From Schaalia meyeri (GTDB lineage: Bacteria; Actinomycetota; Actinomycetes; Actinomycetales; Actinomycetaceae), in NCBI RefSeq assembly GCF_900105015.1, contig NZ_FNLK01000015.1:150001-182000 (forward strand): a stretch of 32,000 bases of DNA, in the 5' to 3' direction. Shown here piece after piece: positions 7,648 to 14,902 of this stretch; within the stretch, counting starts at the first letter, position 1; each line of letters opens with the position of its first letter. The position numbers and the translations under genes are program-made. The notes below the pieces were generated by a model that did not search any database, was not told where the DNA came from, and saw only the letters and a list, made by a program, of their open reading frames with translations.

Positions 7648-9639
7648 ATGAACCCCACGATGCACCGGAGCCCGGGCCGCCAAGCCGCCCGGGCCTTTGC
7701 CGCGATGGCCCTCGCGGCCACGTCTTTCCTGGTCCCCGGAGTGGCCCAGGCTGAGGGCGAGGCAACCGCAGGCCCCGATACGGCCACTCAAACAGAGGGC
7801 ACCACCTTAGATGCCGCGACGGCCAACACGACGGAAGACAACGCCGCGGCAAACCCCGAAACACCCGCGGCCGAGCCGACCGCCATCACATCCTGCGAGG
7901 CTATGCGCGCCGCCCCCCAGGGCACCACCGCGACCCTCGACCGTGGACACGCGGACATCTTCGACCTGACCTCCGACGCAAGCGGAGCGCTCACACTGCG
8001 CATCAAAGAGGACGCGACCGGCAGCGGCGTTCTGCGCGAACCTGAACAGACCCTGCTGGCAGTCTCGAAATCAACCCTCACCCAGATCCCGACCGAAATC
8101 AGCAAGGCCACCGGAGCACCCAGCTCCGCCTACCTGCTCGGCCAGTCGGGCGACAACCAGGCGACGGTCCTGTGGCCCGGATGGGACACGCTGGGCATCA
8201 CAGCTGGCGGCTACGACGCGGCACGCTTCCACGTCACCTACTCCGGCCCGCGCGACGGTCGCATCTACGCCTTCACCTCCGGCTTGAGCGGGAATGCGCA
8301 GGCGGTCACCGCCGACCACAGCTTCGACCTGGCCCCGGAAGGCGACGACATCGACCAGCCCTACCCCGCGCACAAGCACGTCAACTGGCTCTTCACGCGT
8401 GCCGGCCGCTACGTTCTCACCGTCCAGGCGGGCGCCTGGGCCAAGGGGGCCACCGGGGCACCAACCGCCCAGAGCGTCGCGCACACCTACACGATCGACG
8501 TGGCCGACGAGGCCTCGTGCGTCTCCGACGCCGCCCAGGGGCCCAACGCCAACCGGCCCGGCACCAACCCCTCCACCCCCGGCGCTAACCAGGGCGGGTC
8601 GAACTCGACCGCCGACCAGGGACAGGCTCAAAACACCGATTCCGGCGCAAGCGGTGGCGGCGCCACCGACAACCCCCCGAACACATCGGGCGGTGCCACG
8701 ACCGGTGGCAAAACCCCCACCACTCAGACACCCCGAGGCTCGAGCGGCGGCGGCGCCGAACGCTGCGTCGCCACCCGCATCACCCGCGAGGCCACGGAAG
8801 CAGAGGCCGCCACCCTGGCCTCGTCGAAAGCACCCGCGAACACCGCCCGCACCAAGCTGACCTTCAGCGTCGGCGAGGGCGCCTCCGGAAACGCGACAGA
8901 CGGACACTTCGACCTGGGGCCCGCGATCGAGAACGGAACCCTCGTCGCCCGCATCAAGGACGACCGCTCGCAGCCCGCCCAGTGGGTCGATCCCTCGTCC
9001 CTGACCTTCGCCCTCGGAGACGCCGCACGCATCAGCGCGCCCGCAGACCTTAGCTTCGTCGCCTCCGCCGGATCCAACGTCTGGCTCATCCCCTCCACCC
9101 AGATCGCGGGCGTCCCGTGGCTGGGCCTGAACTCCCAGCGCGAAGAAATCGTCACCGGCACCACCGGGGGCGTCCAATTCAGCCTCGACGCCGTCGAAGG
9201 ACCCGGACGCGTCGCCGTCTTCAACGCGGGAGCACTGGGATCCGGCGTCGGCGAGCACGTCTTCGACGGCCCCGGCTCCACCTACACGCTCGGCGCCAAC
9301 ACGCACGCCCACCAGAACTGGGTGTTTACCGCGCCTGGAACCTACACGCTCACCATCTCCATGCGCGTCACCCCCAACGGCGCCGCCCTGTCCGGCAGCG
9401 GCTTCGGCAGCGGCGGGGAGCTCACCGCCACCGGTGCCCTGGGTCCGAACGGACGTCCCATGGTCTCCCAGGTCGTCGGCCGCACCGCATCCGGTAAAGA
9501 CTGCGATCTGTCCCTGGCCACCACCGGCGCCGACACCATCCCCCTGGCCGTCGTGTCCCTCACGTGGGCCCTCACAGGCGCGGCCTGCGTGTGGGTGGGC
9601 GCCATCGGCCGCCGACGCCTCGAGCGTGCCAAGTCGTGA
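7648..9639 (+). CDS. Sortase-anchored surface protein with two 'anchored-repeat' domains (TIGR03769-like)
   Basis: Signal peptide (..AATSFLVPGVAQAEG). Two repeat modules end in HKHVNWLFTRAGRYVLTV and HAHQNWVFTAPGTYTLTI, separated by a G/S/T/N/P-rich linker. C-terminal sorting signal: LATTG, hydrophobic helix, RRRLERAKS. Confidence 0.85.
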   Translation: MNPTMHRSPGRQAARAFAAMALAATSFLVPGVAQAEGEATAGPDTATQTEGTTLDAATANTTEDNAAANPETPAAEPTAITSCEAMRAAPQGTTATLDRGHADIFDLTSDASGALTLRIKEDATGSGVLREPEQTLLAVSKSTLTQIPTEISKATGAPSSAYLLGQSGDNQATVLWPGWDTLGITAGGYDAARFHVTYSGPRDGRIYAFTSGLSGNAQAVTADHSFDLAPEGDDIDQPYPAHKHVNWLFTRAGRYVLTVQAGAWAKGATGAPTAQSVAHTYTIDVADEASCVSDAAQGPNANRPGTNPSTPGANQGGSNSTADQGQAQNTDSGASGGGATDNPPNTSGGATTGGKTPTTQTPRGSSGGGAERCVATRITREATEAEAATLASSKAPANTARTKLTFSVGEGASGNATDGHFDLGPAIENGTLVARIKDDRSQPAQWVDPSSLTFALGDAARISAPADLSFVASAGSNVWLIPSTQIAGVPWLGLNSQREEIVTGTTGGVQFSLDAVEGPGRVAVFNAGALGSGVGEHVFDGPGSTYTLGANTHAHQNWVFTAPGTYTLTISMRVTPNGAALSGSGFGSGGELTATGALGPNGRPMVSQVVGRTASGKDCDLSLATTGADTIPLAVVSLTWALTGAACVWVGAIGRRRLERAKS

Positions 9640-11339
9640 CCTCCAATCAACGAGGCCCACGCACCACCGTCCCCCGCCGCCCCACCCGTGGGTGGCGGGG
9701 GAGTGGGTGTACGCTCGCGGCTACGACGTTAGCCCTGACAGCGACGCTGGCGGGGTGCGCGCCCGCACCCGACCCCGCCAGCGATGGGGAGCTACGCGTC
9801 GTCACCACGACCGGCATCCTCGCCGACCTCGTGCGAAGCGTCGCGGGCGAGCGCGCCCACGTCACCCAGATGGTGCCAGACGGAGCCGACCCACACTCGT
9901 GGGAACCCTCCCTGCGCACCATCCGTGACGTTGCCTACGCGGACGTCGCCTTCTCCAACTACCTCATGCTCGAAGAACACGCCCTCATCCGGGCCCTGGA
10001 CTCCAACCTGCCCACCGGCTCCCAGTCCGTGTCCGTCGCCGAGGAAGCAGCAAAGAACGGGGCGACCATCCTGCCCCTCGTCGAAGACCGGGCCCTCGAC
10101 ACCCCCTGGCTGGGCATGCGCGTCTGGGGAGACGGAGCCGACCTGGGCGCTACCCGCGCCTCCCAGATCGACCTCACCGCCACCGGCGTTGACGGACCCG
10201 GCGAGGCCTCCGCCTACCTCACCACGTCCTTCGGCCAGCCCGAAATCGCCTTCGCATCCTCTGACGGCTTCGACGCCGCCACCGGATACGACGCCGACAC
10301 CGCGCACCTGCCCGCCGACGCGCACCAGCACATGAGCTGGGCGTTCACCGCCCCAGGCGTCTACCGCGTCCACTTCCGCGCAAGCCTACGAACCACCCCC
10401 GGAGCCACACCCACCCCCGTCGGGGAAGGCACAGCGGTCTTCGCCGTCGGCACCCCACCCGAAGAGATCGCCGCCGCCGAAGGACGCCGCATCCTGCGCG
10501 GCGGACACGCCGACATCACCGTCAACCTCGCCACCAAACGCGTCGAACTCGCATCCGACGTCGGCGCGCTTTCCGTTGGCTCCTCCGGGGACCAAGAACA
10601 CTCGGCCCCCTGCTCTCCGCAGGCGAACGCGGCAGGCGCCGGGGCCTCCACCATGGAATGCACCGACCTTGATCACGCCGTCATCGAAGTACCCACCCGG
10701 GCGCTCACCACGATTCCCGGCCAGGCCACGTTCCGATTCATCGGAGGGGCAGGCGCCAACGTTTACATGCTGCCCCAGGCGGTCCTCGGCAAACACGTGC
10801 ACGGCGACATCGACCCCCACCTGTGGCACGACGTCCATAACGCGCAGGCCTACGTGAGGGTCATCCGCGACACCCTCACCCGCGTCGACCCGGGCGGTGA
10901 GGCCACCTACCGTACCAACGCCGCCACGTACCTCGCGCGCCTCGACGCACTCGATGCCTACGTCAGCGACACCATCAGCTCCATCCCCAAGGAAGCGCGC
11001 AAGCTCGTCACCACAAACGACGCGTACGGGTATCTGGCGAACGCCTACGGGCTCACCGTCGCAGGCTTCGTCGCACCCAATCCCAGCGTCGAACCATCCG
11101 TCGCCGACCGGATCAAACTCCAGGCGACCCTGGCAGATGCGAACATCCCCGCCGTGTTCCTGGAACCCAACCTGGCGCGCACCCGATCCACCCTGCGCAC
11201 GGCCGCCACCGATGCCGGGGTCGACATCTGTCCGCTCTACGGTGACACCCTGGACGACCAAGCACCCACCTACATCGACATGATGCAACACAACGCCCGC
11301 TCACTGGCACGCTGCCTGGGCGGCAAGGAGATGCCATGA
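9636..11339 (+). CDS. Anchored-repeat ABC transporter substrate-binding lipoprotein (ZnuA/TroA cluster A-I with an inserted repeat domain; TIGR03772-like)
   Basis: GTG at 9636 overlaps the upstream stop (GTGA); the ORF is open from 9564, so the start is uncertain. Lipobox LTATLAGC. ZnuA-like halves (VVTTTGILADLV, DPHSWEPS, DPHLWHDVHNA, TNDAYGYLANAYGL) flank an insert carrying HQHMSWAFTAPGVYRVHF. Confidence 0.85.
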   Translation: MTSNQRGPRTTVPRRPTRGWRGSGCTLAATTLALTATLAGCAPAPDPASDGELRVVTTTGILADLVRSVAGERAHVTQMVPDGADPHSWEPSLRTIRDVAYADVAFSNYLMLEEHALIRALDSNLPTGSQSVSVAEEAAKNGATILPLVEDRALDTPWLGMRVWGDGADLGATRASQIDLTATGVDGPGEASAYLTTSFGQPEIAFASSDGFDAATGYDADTAHLPADAHQHMSWAFTAPGVYRVHFRASLRTTPGATPTPVGEGTAVFAVGTPPEEIAAAEGRRILRGGHADITVNLATKRVELASDVGALSVGSSGDQEHSAPCSPQANAAGAGASTMECTDLDHAVIEVPTRALTTIPGQATFRFIGGAGANVYMLPQAVLGKHVHGDIDPHLWHDVHNAQAYVRVIRDTLTRVDPGGEATYRTNAATYLARLDALDAYVSDTISSIPKEARKLVTTNDAYGYLANAYGLTVAGFVAPNPSVEPSVADRIKLQATLADANIPAVFLEPNLARTRSTLRTAATDAGVDICPLYGDTLDDQAPTYIDMMQHNARSLARCLGGKEMP

Positions 11340-12718
11340 ACGCTGACATTGTTTCCTCTTTCGTCCGCCGTCTCGGTGCCCTGGGGGCGGCGGCCCGCCC
11401 GCGAGACTCGGCGACCGAGCTGCGCTCTGCGCCGCGTCTCGAAGCCCGGCCGGGCCCTGCCGCCACCCCCAGGGCTAAACGGCGTCCGATTGCTGTCTCC
11501 GGTCGGGCCCTGCGGCTGCCTCGTGCCGCGTTGGCCTCAGGCTTTGCTGCCGAGCTCAGCCGGGTCCTGCCGTCAGCGTCGGGGCCCCGCGTTCGTGCCA
11601 TGCGCGTGGTGCGCTGGCCCATCGCTGCCCTGCTGTGCGCGCTTGCCTGTGTGATCGGCGCGCCCGTGGCCCTCGCCGACCCCACCGACCCCGACCTGGC
11701 CCAGAGCGTCGCCGCCCACGAAGAATGGTCGGCCGAGCCCGCCGAGATCGGCGTCGGGCACCTCGACCTCGGGCCTCGCCTGATCGACGGGCAATGGCGG
11801 GCCGGCCTGCGCCACGACGACGCCGGACGCGGCGTCTGGCACGACCCGAACCAGACGGTGCTGCGAGTATCCGACTCGGCCATCATGACCGCGCCCGACT
11901 CGGCCGACTACCCGTTCCTGGCCGACGTGGCCGGCAAGCCCGTGCACGTGATCCCCCAGACGCAGAACCCGAACGTGGTCTGGCTCGGCTGGAACACCCA
12001 GGACCCGGCCGTCACCGCCACCATCGACCGCGGCCTCACCATGCGCGTCGGCCCCGTCAGTGGTCCCGGCCGCGCCTGGCTGTTCCTGCAGTCCGGCACC
12101 TTCGGCAAGCCCCTGCTGCTGGCCGACTCCGGCGCGGCTCCCGGCGACGTGTGGATCGACTCCGGCACCCACGTGCACGCCAACTGGGCGTTCTCCGCCC
12201 CCGGCACCTACACGGCCACCGTCACGTTCTCGGGCACCACCACCTCCGGCGAGGCCGTGAGCGCCTCCACCACCCTGCGCTTCGCCGTCGGCGACTCCGC
12301 TTCCGCTTCCGAGGCCTTCGCGATGGCCCCGCCCACCGATAAGGCCGCCGCGTCCCCGTCCAAGGGGGGCGCCTCCGGCAAGCCTTCAGCCCAGCGCTCC
12401 TCCGGCGAGGCTGCCGCCGACGGCTCCGCCTCCGAAGGCGGCCTGCCCGACTGGGCGTTCCTCGCCCTTATCGGCGCGGTGATCGTCTCCGTTGCGTTCA
12501 TCGCCGCCCTTGTCGTGGCTCGCGCACGCAGCAGCCGTGCCGAACAGGCCGCCGCCATCGCCGAGGCCGACTCCGCTTCGTCGGCCGCCGACCCGGGCGC
12601 TGCCTCGACTGCGGATGAGAGCTCAGGCGCGGGCAAGAGTGCTGCCTCGACCGCGGGCGATGGCTCGGACGAGGGCTCAGCTTCGGACGGCCCGGCCAGC
12701 GGGGGAGGGGAGAGGTGA
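11336..12718 (+). CDS. ABC transporter-associated repeat protein, C-terminally membrane-anchored (TIGR03773-like)
   Basis: ATGA overlap with the upstream gene. A more plausible start is the ATG at 11600, which gives the signal peptide MRVVRWPIAALLCALACVIGAPVALA. Repeat motif HVHANWAFSAPGTYTATV. C-terminal TM helix (FLALIGAVIVSVAFIAALVV) followed by an Ala/Ser/Asp-rich tail. Confidence 0.8.
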   Translation: MNADIVSSFVRRLGALGAAARPRDSATELRSAPRLEARPGPAATPRAKRRPIAVSGRALRLPRAALASGFAAELSRVLPSASGPRVRAMRVVRWPIAALLCALACVIGAPVALADPTDPDLAQSVAAHEEWSAEPAEIGVGHLDLGPRLIDGQWRAGLRHDDAGRGVWHDPNQTVLRVSDSAIMTAPDSADYPFLADVAGKPVHVIPQTQNPNVVWLGWNTQDPAVTATIDRGLTMRVGPVSGPGRAWLFLQSGTFGKPLLLADSGAAPGDVWIDSGTHVHANWAFSAPGTYTATVTFSGTTTSGEAVSASTTLRFAVGDSASASEAFAMAPPTDKAAASPSKGGASGKPSAQRSSGEAAADGSASEGGLPDWAFLALIGAVIVSVAFIAALVVARARSSRAEQAAAIAEADSASSAADPGAASTADESSGAGKSAASTAGDGSDEGSASDGPASGGGER

Positions 12719-13434
12719 GCCAGCTTCGCGTCACCTCTGTGGGCGCATCCCTGGGCGGGCGCAGCGTCCTTGAGGGCGTCGACCTGGAGGTCGAGGCGGG
12801 GGAACTCGTCGGCCTCATCGGACCCAACGGCGCTGGGAAAACCACACTGATCCGCGCGATCCTGGGCCTGATCCCGTCGACCGGGCGCGTCGAAACCGAC
12901 GGTGCGATCGGGTACGTGCCGCAGCGCCACGAATTCGCGTGGGACTTCCCGATCAGCGTGCGTGGCGCCGTCCTGCAGGCCGTCACGGTCAGGCAGGGAC
13001 TGATGCGAAGGCCCCGCACCCCGCACTTTCGGGCCGTCGAGGAGGCCCTGGGCCTCGTCGGCATGCGCGACCTCGCGGGTCGGCCCATCGGGGAGCTCTC
13101 TGGCGGACAACGCCAGCGTGTGCTCGTCGCCCGGGCGCTCGCCATCCGGCCCGCTGTGCTGCTGCTCGACGAACCCTTTACGGGCCTCGACATGCCCACC
13201 CAGGAGATGCTCATGGACCTGTTCCGCTCCCTCGCTAACGGGGGCCGCGCCCTGCTCATGACCACCCACGACCTGATTGGCGCCCGCGCCGGATGCGACC
13301 GCCTGTACCTGCTGCGGCGCACAATCATCGCCTCGGGCACGCCCGGCTCTCTCACCGACGCAGACCCGTGGATCCGCGCCTTCGACGTGCGCTCCGACAA
13401 CCCCATCCTCGACGCCCTGGGAGTGCGCGCATGA
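12715..13434 (+). CDS. ABC transporter ATP-binding protein (metal-type, ZnuC/TroB-like)
   Basis: GTGA start/stop overlap. Walker A GPNGAGKTT, signature LSGGQRQR, Walker B LLLDEP. Confidence 0.9.
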   Translation: MSQLRVTSVGASLGGRSVLEGVDLEVEAGELVGLIGPNGAGKTTLIRAILGLIPSTGRVETDGAIGYVPQRHEFAWDFPISVRGAVLQAVTVRQGLMRRPRTPHFRAVEEALGLVGMRDLAGRPIGELSGGQRQRVLVARALAIRPAVLLLDEPFTGLDMPTQEMLMDLFRSLANGGRALLMTTHDLIGARAGCDRLYLLRRTIIASGTPGSLTDADPWIRAFDVRSDNPILDALGVRA

Positions 13435-14345
13435 ACACCGTCATCCACGCCGCCGGCCACGGCCTGGTCGCGACCACCGACTTCCTCAGCCCCCTGGACT
13501 TCTTCCGCGACCTGATGAACCCGGCGCTCGCGTTCCTGCCGCGCGCGCTGCTGATCGCCGTCGTCGCCGCCCTCGTGTGCGGCAGCGTCGGCGTGCACGT
13601 CGTCCTGCGCGGCATGGCCTTCATCGGCGACGCCGTCGCGCACTCCGTGTTCCCCGGCCTGGCGATCGCGTTCGTGTGCGGCGGGTCCCTGGTGCTCGGC
13701 GGGGCTCTCGCGGGCGTCGTGACCGCCGTGCTCGTGGCGCTGCTCGCGCAGAACCGGAGGCTCAAGGAGGACTCCGTCATCGGCGTGCTCTTCGTCGGCG
13801 CGTTCGCCCTCGGCATCGCGATCATCGCGCGCGCGCCGGGGTACGCGGGCAGCCTGCAGGACTTCCTTTTCGGGTCGATCACGGGCATCCCCGCCTCCGA
13901 CGTGCCCGTCGTGCTGGCTGGGGCTGCGCTCGTATTGCTCATGCTGTTCCTCGCTCACCGGCCCATCGTCGCGGTGACGCTGGACCGCGAGAGCGCCCGG
14001 GCGGCGGGCGTGCGCGTGCTCGCCGCGGACCTGTCCCTGTACGTCGCCGTGGCGCTCGCCGTCGTGATCTCCGTGCAGACGATCGGAAACGTGCTGGTCC
14101 TCGCGCTGCTCGTCACTCCCGCGGCCACCGCGCGACTGCTGTGCGATCGGCTGGGCACCATGATGGTTCTGTCGCCCGTTTTGGGGGCCGGCGGGGGCCT
14201 GGTGGGCCTGTACCTGTCGTGGGCGCTGGACGTGCCCACGGGCGCCACGATCGTCCTGGTGCTCACGGCGTGCTTCGTGCTCGCCTGGCTCTTCGCGCCG
14301 AGGCACGGCCTCCTCGCGCGGACCCTTCGCGAGAGGCGGGGATGA
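13431..14345 (+). CDS. ABC-3 family metal transporter permease (ZnuB/TroC-like)
   Basis: The ATG at 13431 overlaps the ATPase stop (ATGA). The longer ORF-track start at 13293 would overlap the ATPase gene and is rejected. Multi-pass hydrophobic protein with AFIGDAVAHSVFPGLAIAF, typical of ABC-3 permeases. Confidence 0.9.
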   Translation: MNTVIHAAGHGLVATTDFLSPLDFFRDLMNPALAFLPRALLIAVVAALVCGSVGVHVVLRGMAFIGDAVAHSVFPGLAIAFVCGGSLVLGGALAGVVTAVLVALLAQNRRLKEDSVIGVLFVGAFALGIAIIARAPGYAGSLQDFLFGSITGIPASDVPVVLAGAALVLLMLFLAHRPIVAVTLDRESARAAGVRVLAADLSLYVAVALAVVISVQTIGNVLVLALLVTPAATARLLCDRLGTMMVLSPVLGAGGGLVGLYLSWALDVPTGATIVLVLTACFVLAWLFAPRHGLLARTLRERRG

Positions 14346-14370
14346 CGCCCTTGTGAGGGCTTCCGGCTGC

Positions 14371-14467
14371 GCTTGCGCTCGCGGAGGCGTCTCGCCCGTG
14401 GGGGTGTCTCGCTCGCGGGGGTGTCTCGCTCGCGGGGGTGTCTCGCTCGCGGGGGTGTCTTCCGGGG
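14371..14467. repeat. 17-bp tandem repeat array (unit TGTCTCGCTCGCGGGGG)
   Basis: Three perfect units at 14405, 14422 and 14439, flanked by degenerate copies (14371-14404 and 14456-14467). A 17-bp period is not a multiple of 3, so the array is non-coding. It starts 26 nt after the permease stop. Confidence 0.85.
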
Positions 14468-14611
14468 AACCCCGACGCGATCCCCGGCCGGCCACTGCGC
14501 TTGCGCTCGCCGGGTGTCTGGGTCCGGGCGCGTGTGCGTGCTTGTAAGCGTGTGTGCGCTTGCGGCTCGTGAAGCCCTGTTTCCCTGCCGGTATCGCCGA
14601 TCGTCGGCGAG

Positions 14612-14627
14612 TGTTTCACGTGAAACA
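14612..14627. promoter_or_regulatory. parS: parS site between the two tandem arrays
   Basis: Perfect TGTTTCACGTGAAACA inside the 22-bp palindrome GAGTGTTTCACGTGAAACACTC. A small hairpin, CGCCGA-tcg-TCGGCG, precedes it. Confidence 0.85.
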
Positions 14628-14724
14628 CTCGTGCGGTGGACGTGGGGGTGGCGGTGTCCCGTGGCGTGCGCGTCGGCTCCGGCCCTGCGCTTCCCGGCGT
14701 CTTCCCATGATGTTGTCTGCCTCT

Positions 14725-14870
14725 TCTATGAGCTTCTATGGGGTTGATGAAGAGTTCTATGAGATACAAGTGGGGTTCTATGAGATAGAAACCGGGGTCT
14801 ATGAGATAGAAACCGGGGTCTATGAGATAGAAACCGGGGTCTATGAGATAGAAACCGAGTTCTATTATCA
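14725..14870. repeat. 21-bp tandem (iteron-like) array; each unit carries the dyad TCTATgagATAGA
   Basis: TCTATG starts at 14735, 14756, 14777, 14798, 14819, 14840 and 14861, exactly 21 bp apart, plus a half-spaced copy at 14725. The four units at 14777-14840 carry the perfect 13-bp dyad TCTATGAGATAGA, the unit at 14756 has one mismatch, and the outer copies are degenerate. Confidence 0.9.
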
Positions 14871-14902
14871 ACGATCTTGATGACCTGCTGGGCGCCCTGG
14901 CT

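Noticed and set aside
9564-9635. Longer N-termini offered by the ORF track for the SBP lipoprotein (9564), the permease (13293), the sugar SBP (29620) and hsdR (25623).
   Set aside because: The extensions overlap upstream genes or add Arg/Pro-rich residues ahead of obvious signal peptides. Internal starts with stop/start coupling or good SD spacing (9636, 13431, 29740, 25605) fit better. The 11336 versus 11600 choice for the repeat protein remains open.
8071-9660. 529-aa ORF antisense to the surface-anchored protein gene. Similar long antisense ORFs occur at 10386-11291, 12208-13269, 12498-14495 (665 aa), 20058-20999, 23383-25797 (804 aa) and 29860-30933.
   Set aside because: These are typical stop-codon-poor shadow frames of high-GC DNA. 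Their translations are Gly/Arg/Asp/Val-rich low-complexity sequence with no motifs. In each case the opposite strand carries a gene with clear family signatures and proper SD and start contexts.
14371-14870. Possible CRISPR array, given the regularly spaced repeats.
   Set aside because: Both arrays are head-to-tail tandem repeats (17 bp and 21 bp) with no unique spacers between units. The units are shorter than CRISPR repeats and there are no cas genes in the window.
14554-14880. 108-aa ORF, and the minus-strand ORF 14263-15171, that read the 21-bp array as heptad peptide repeats (GVYEIET / GFYLIDP).
   Set aside because: There is no SD or credible start. The plus-strand ORF also runs across the parS palindrome, and the minus-strand ORF overlaps the COG2865 gene. 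The in-frame periodicity is a by-product of 21 being divisible by 3.
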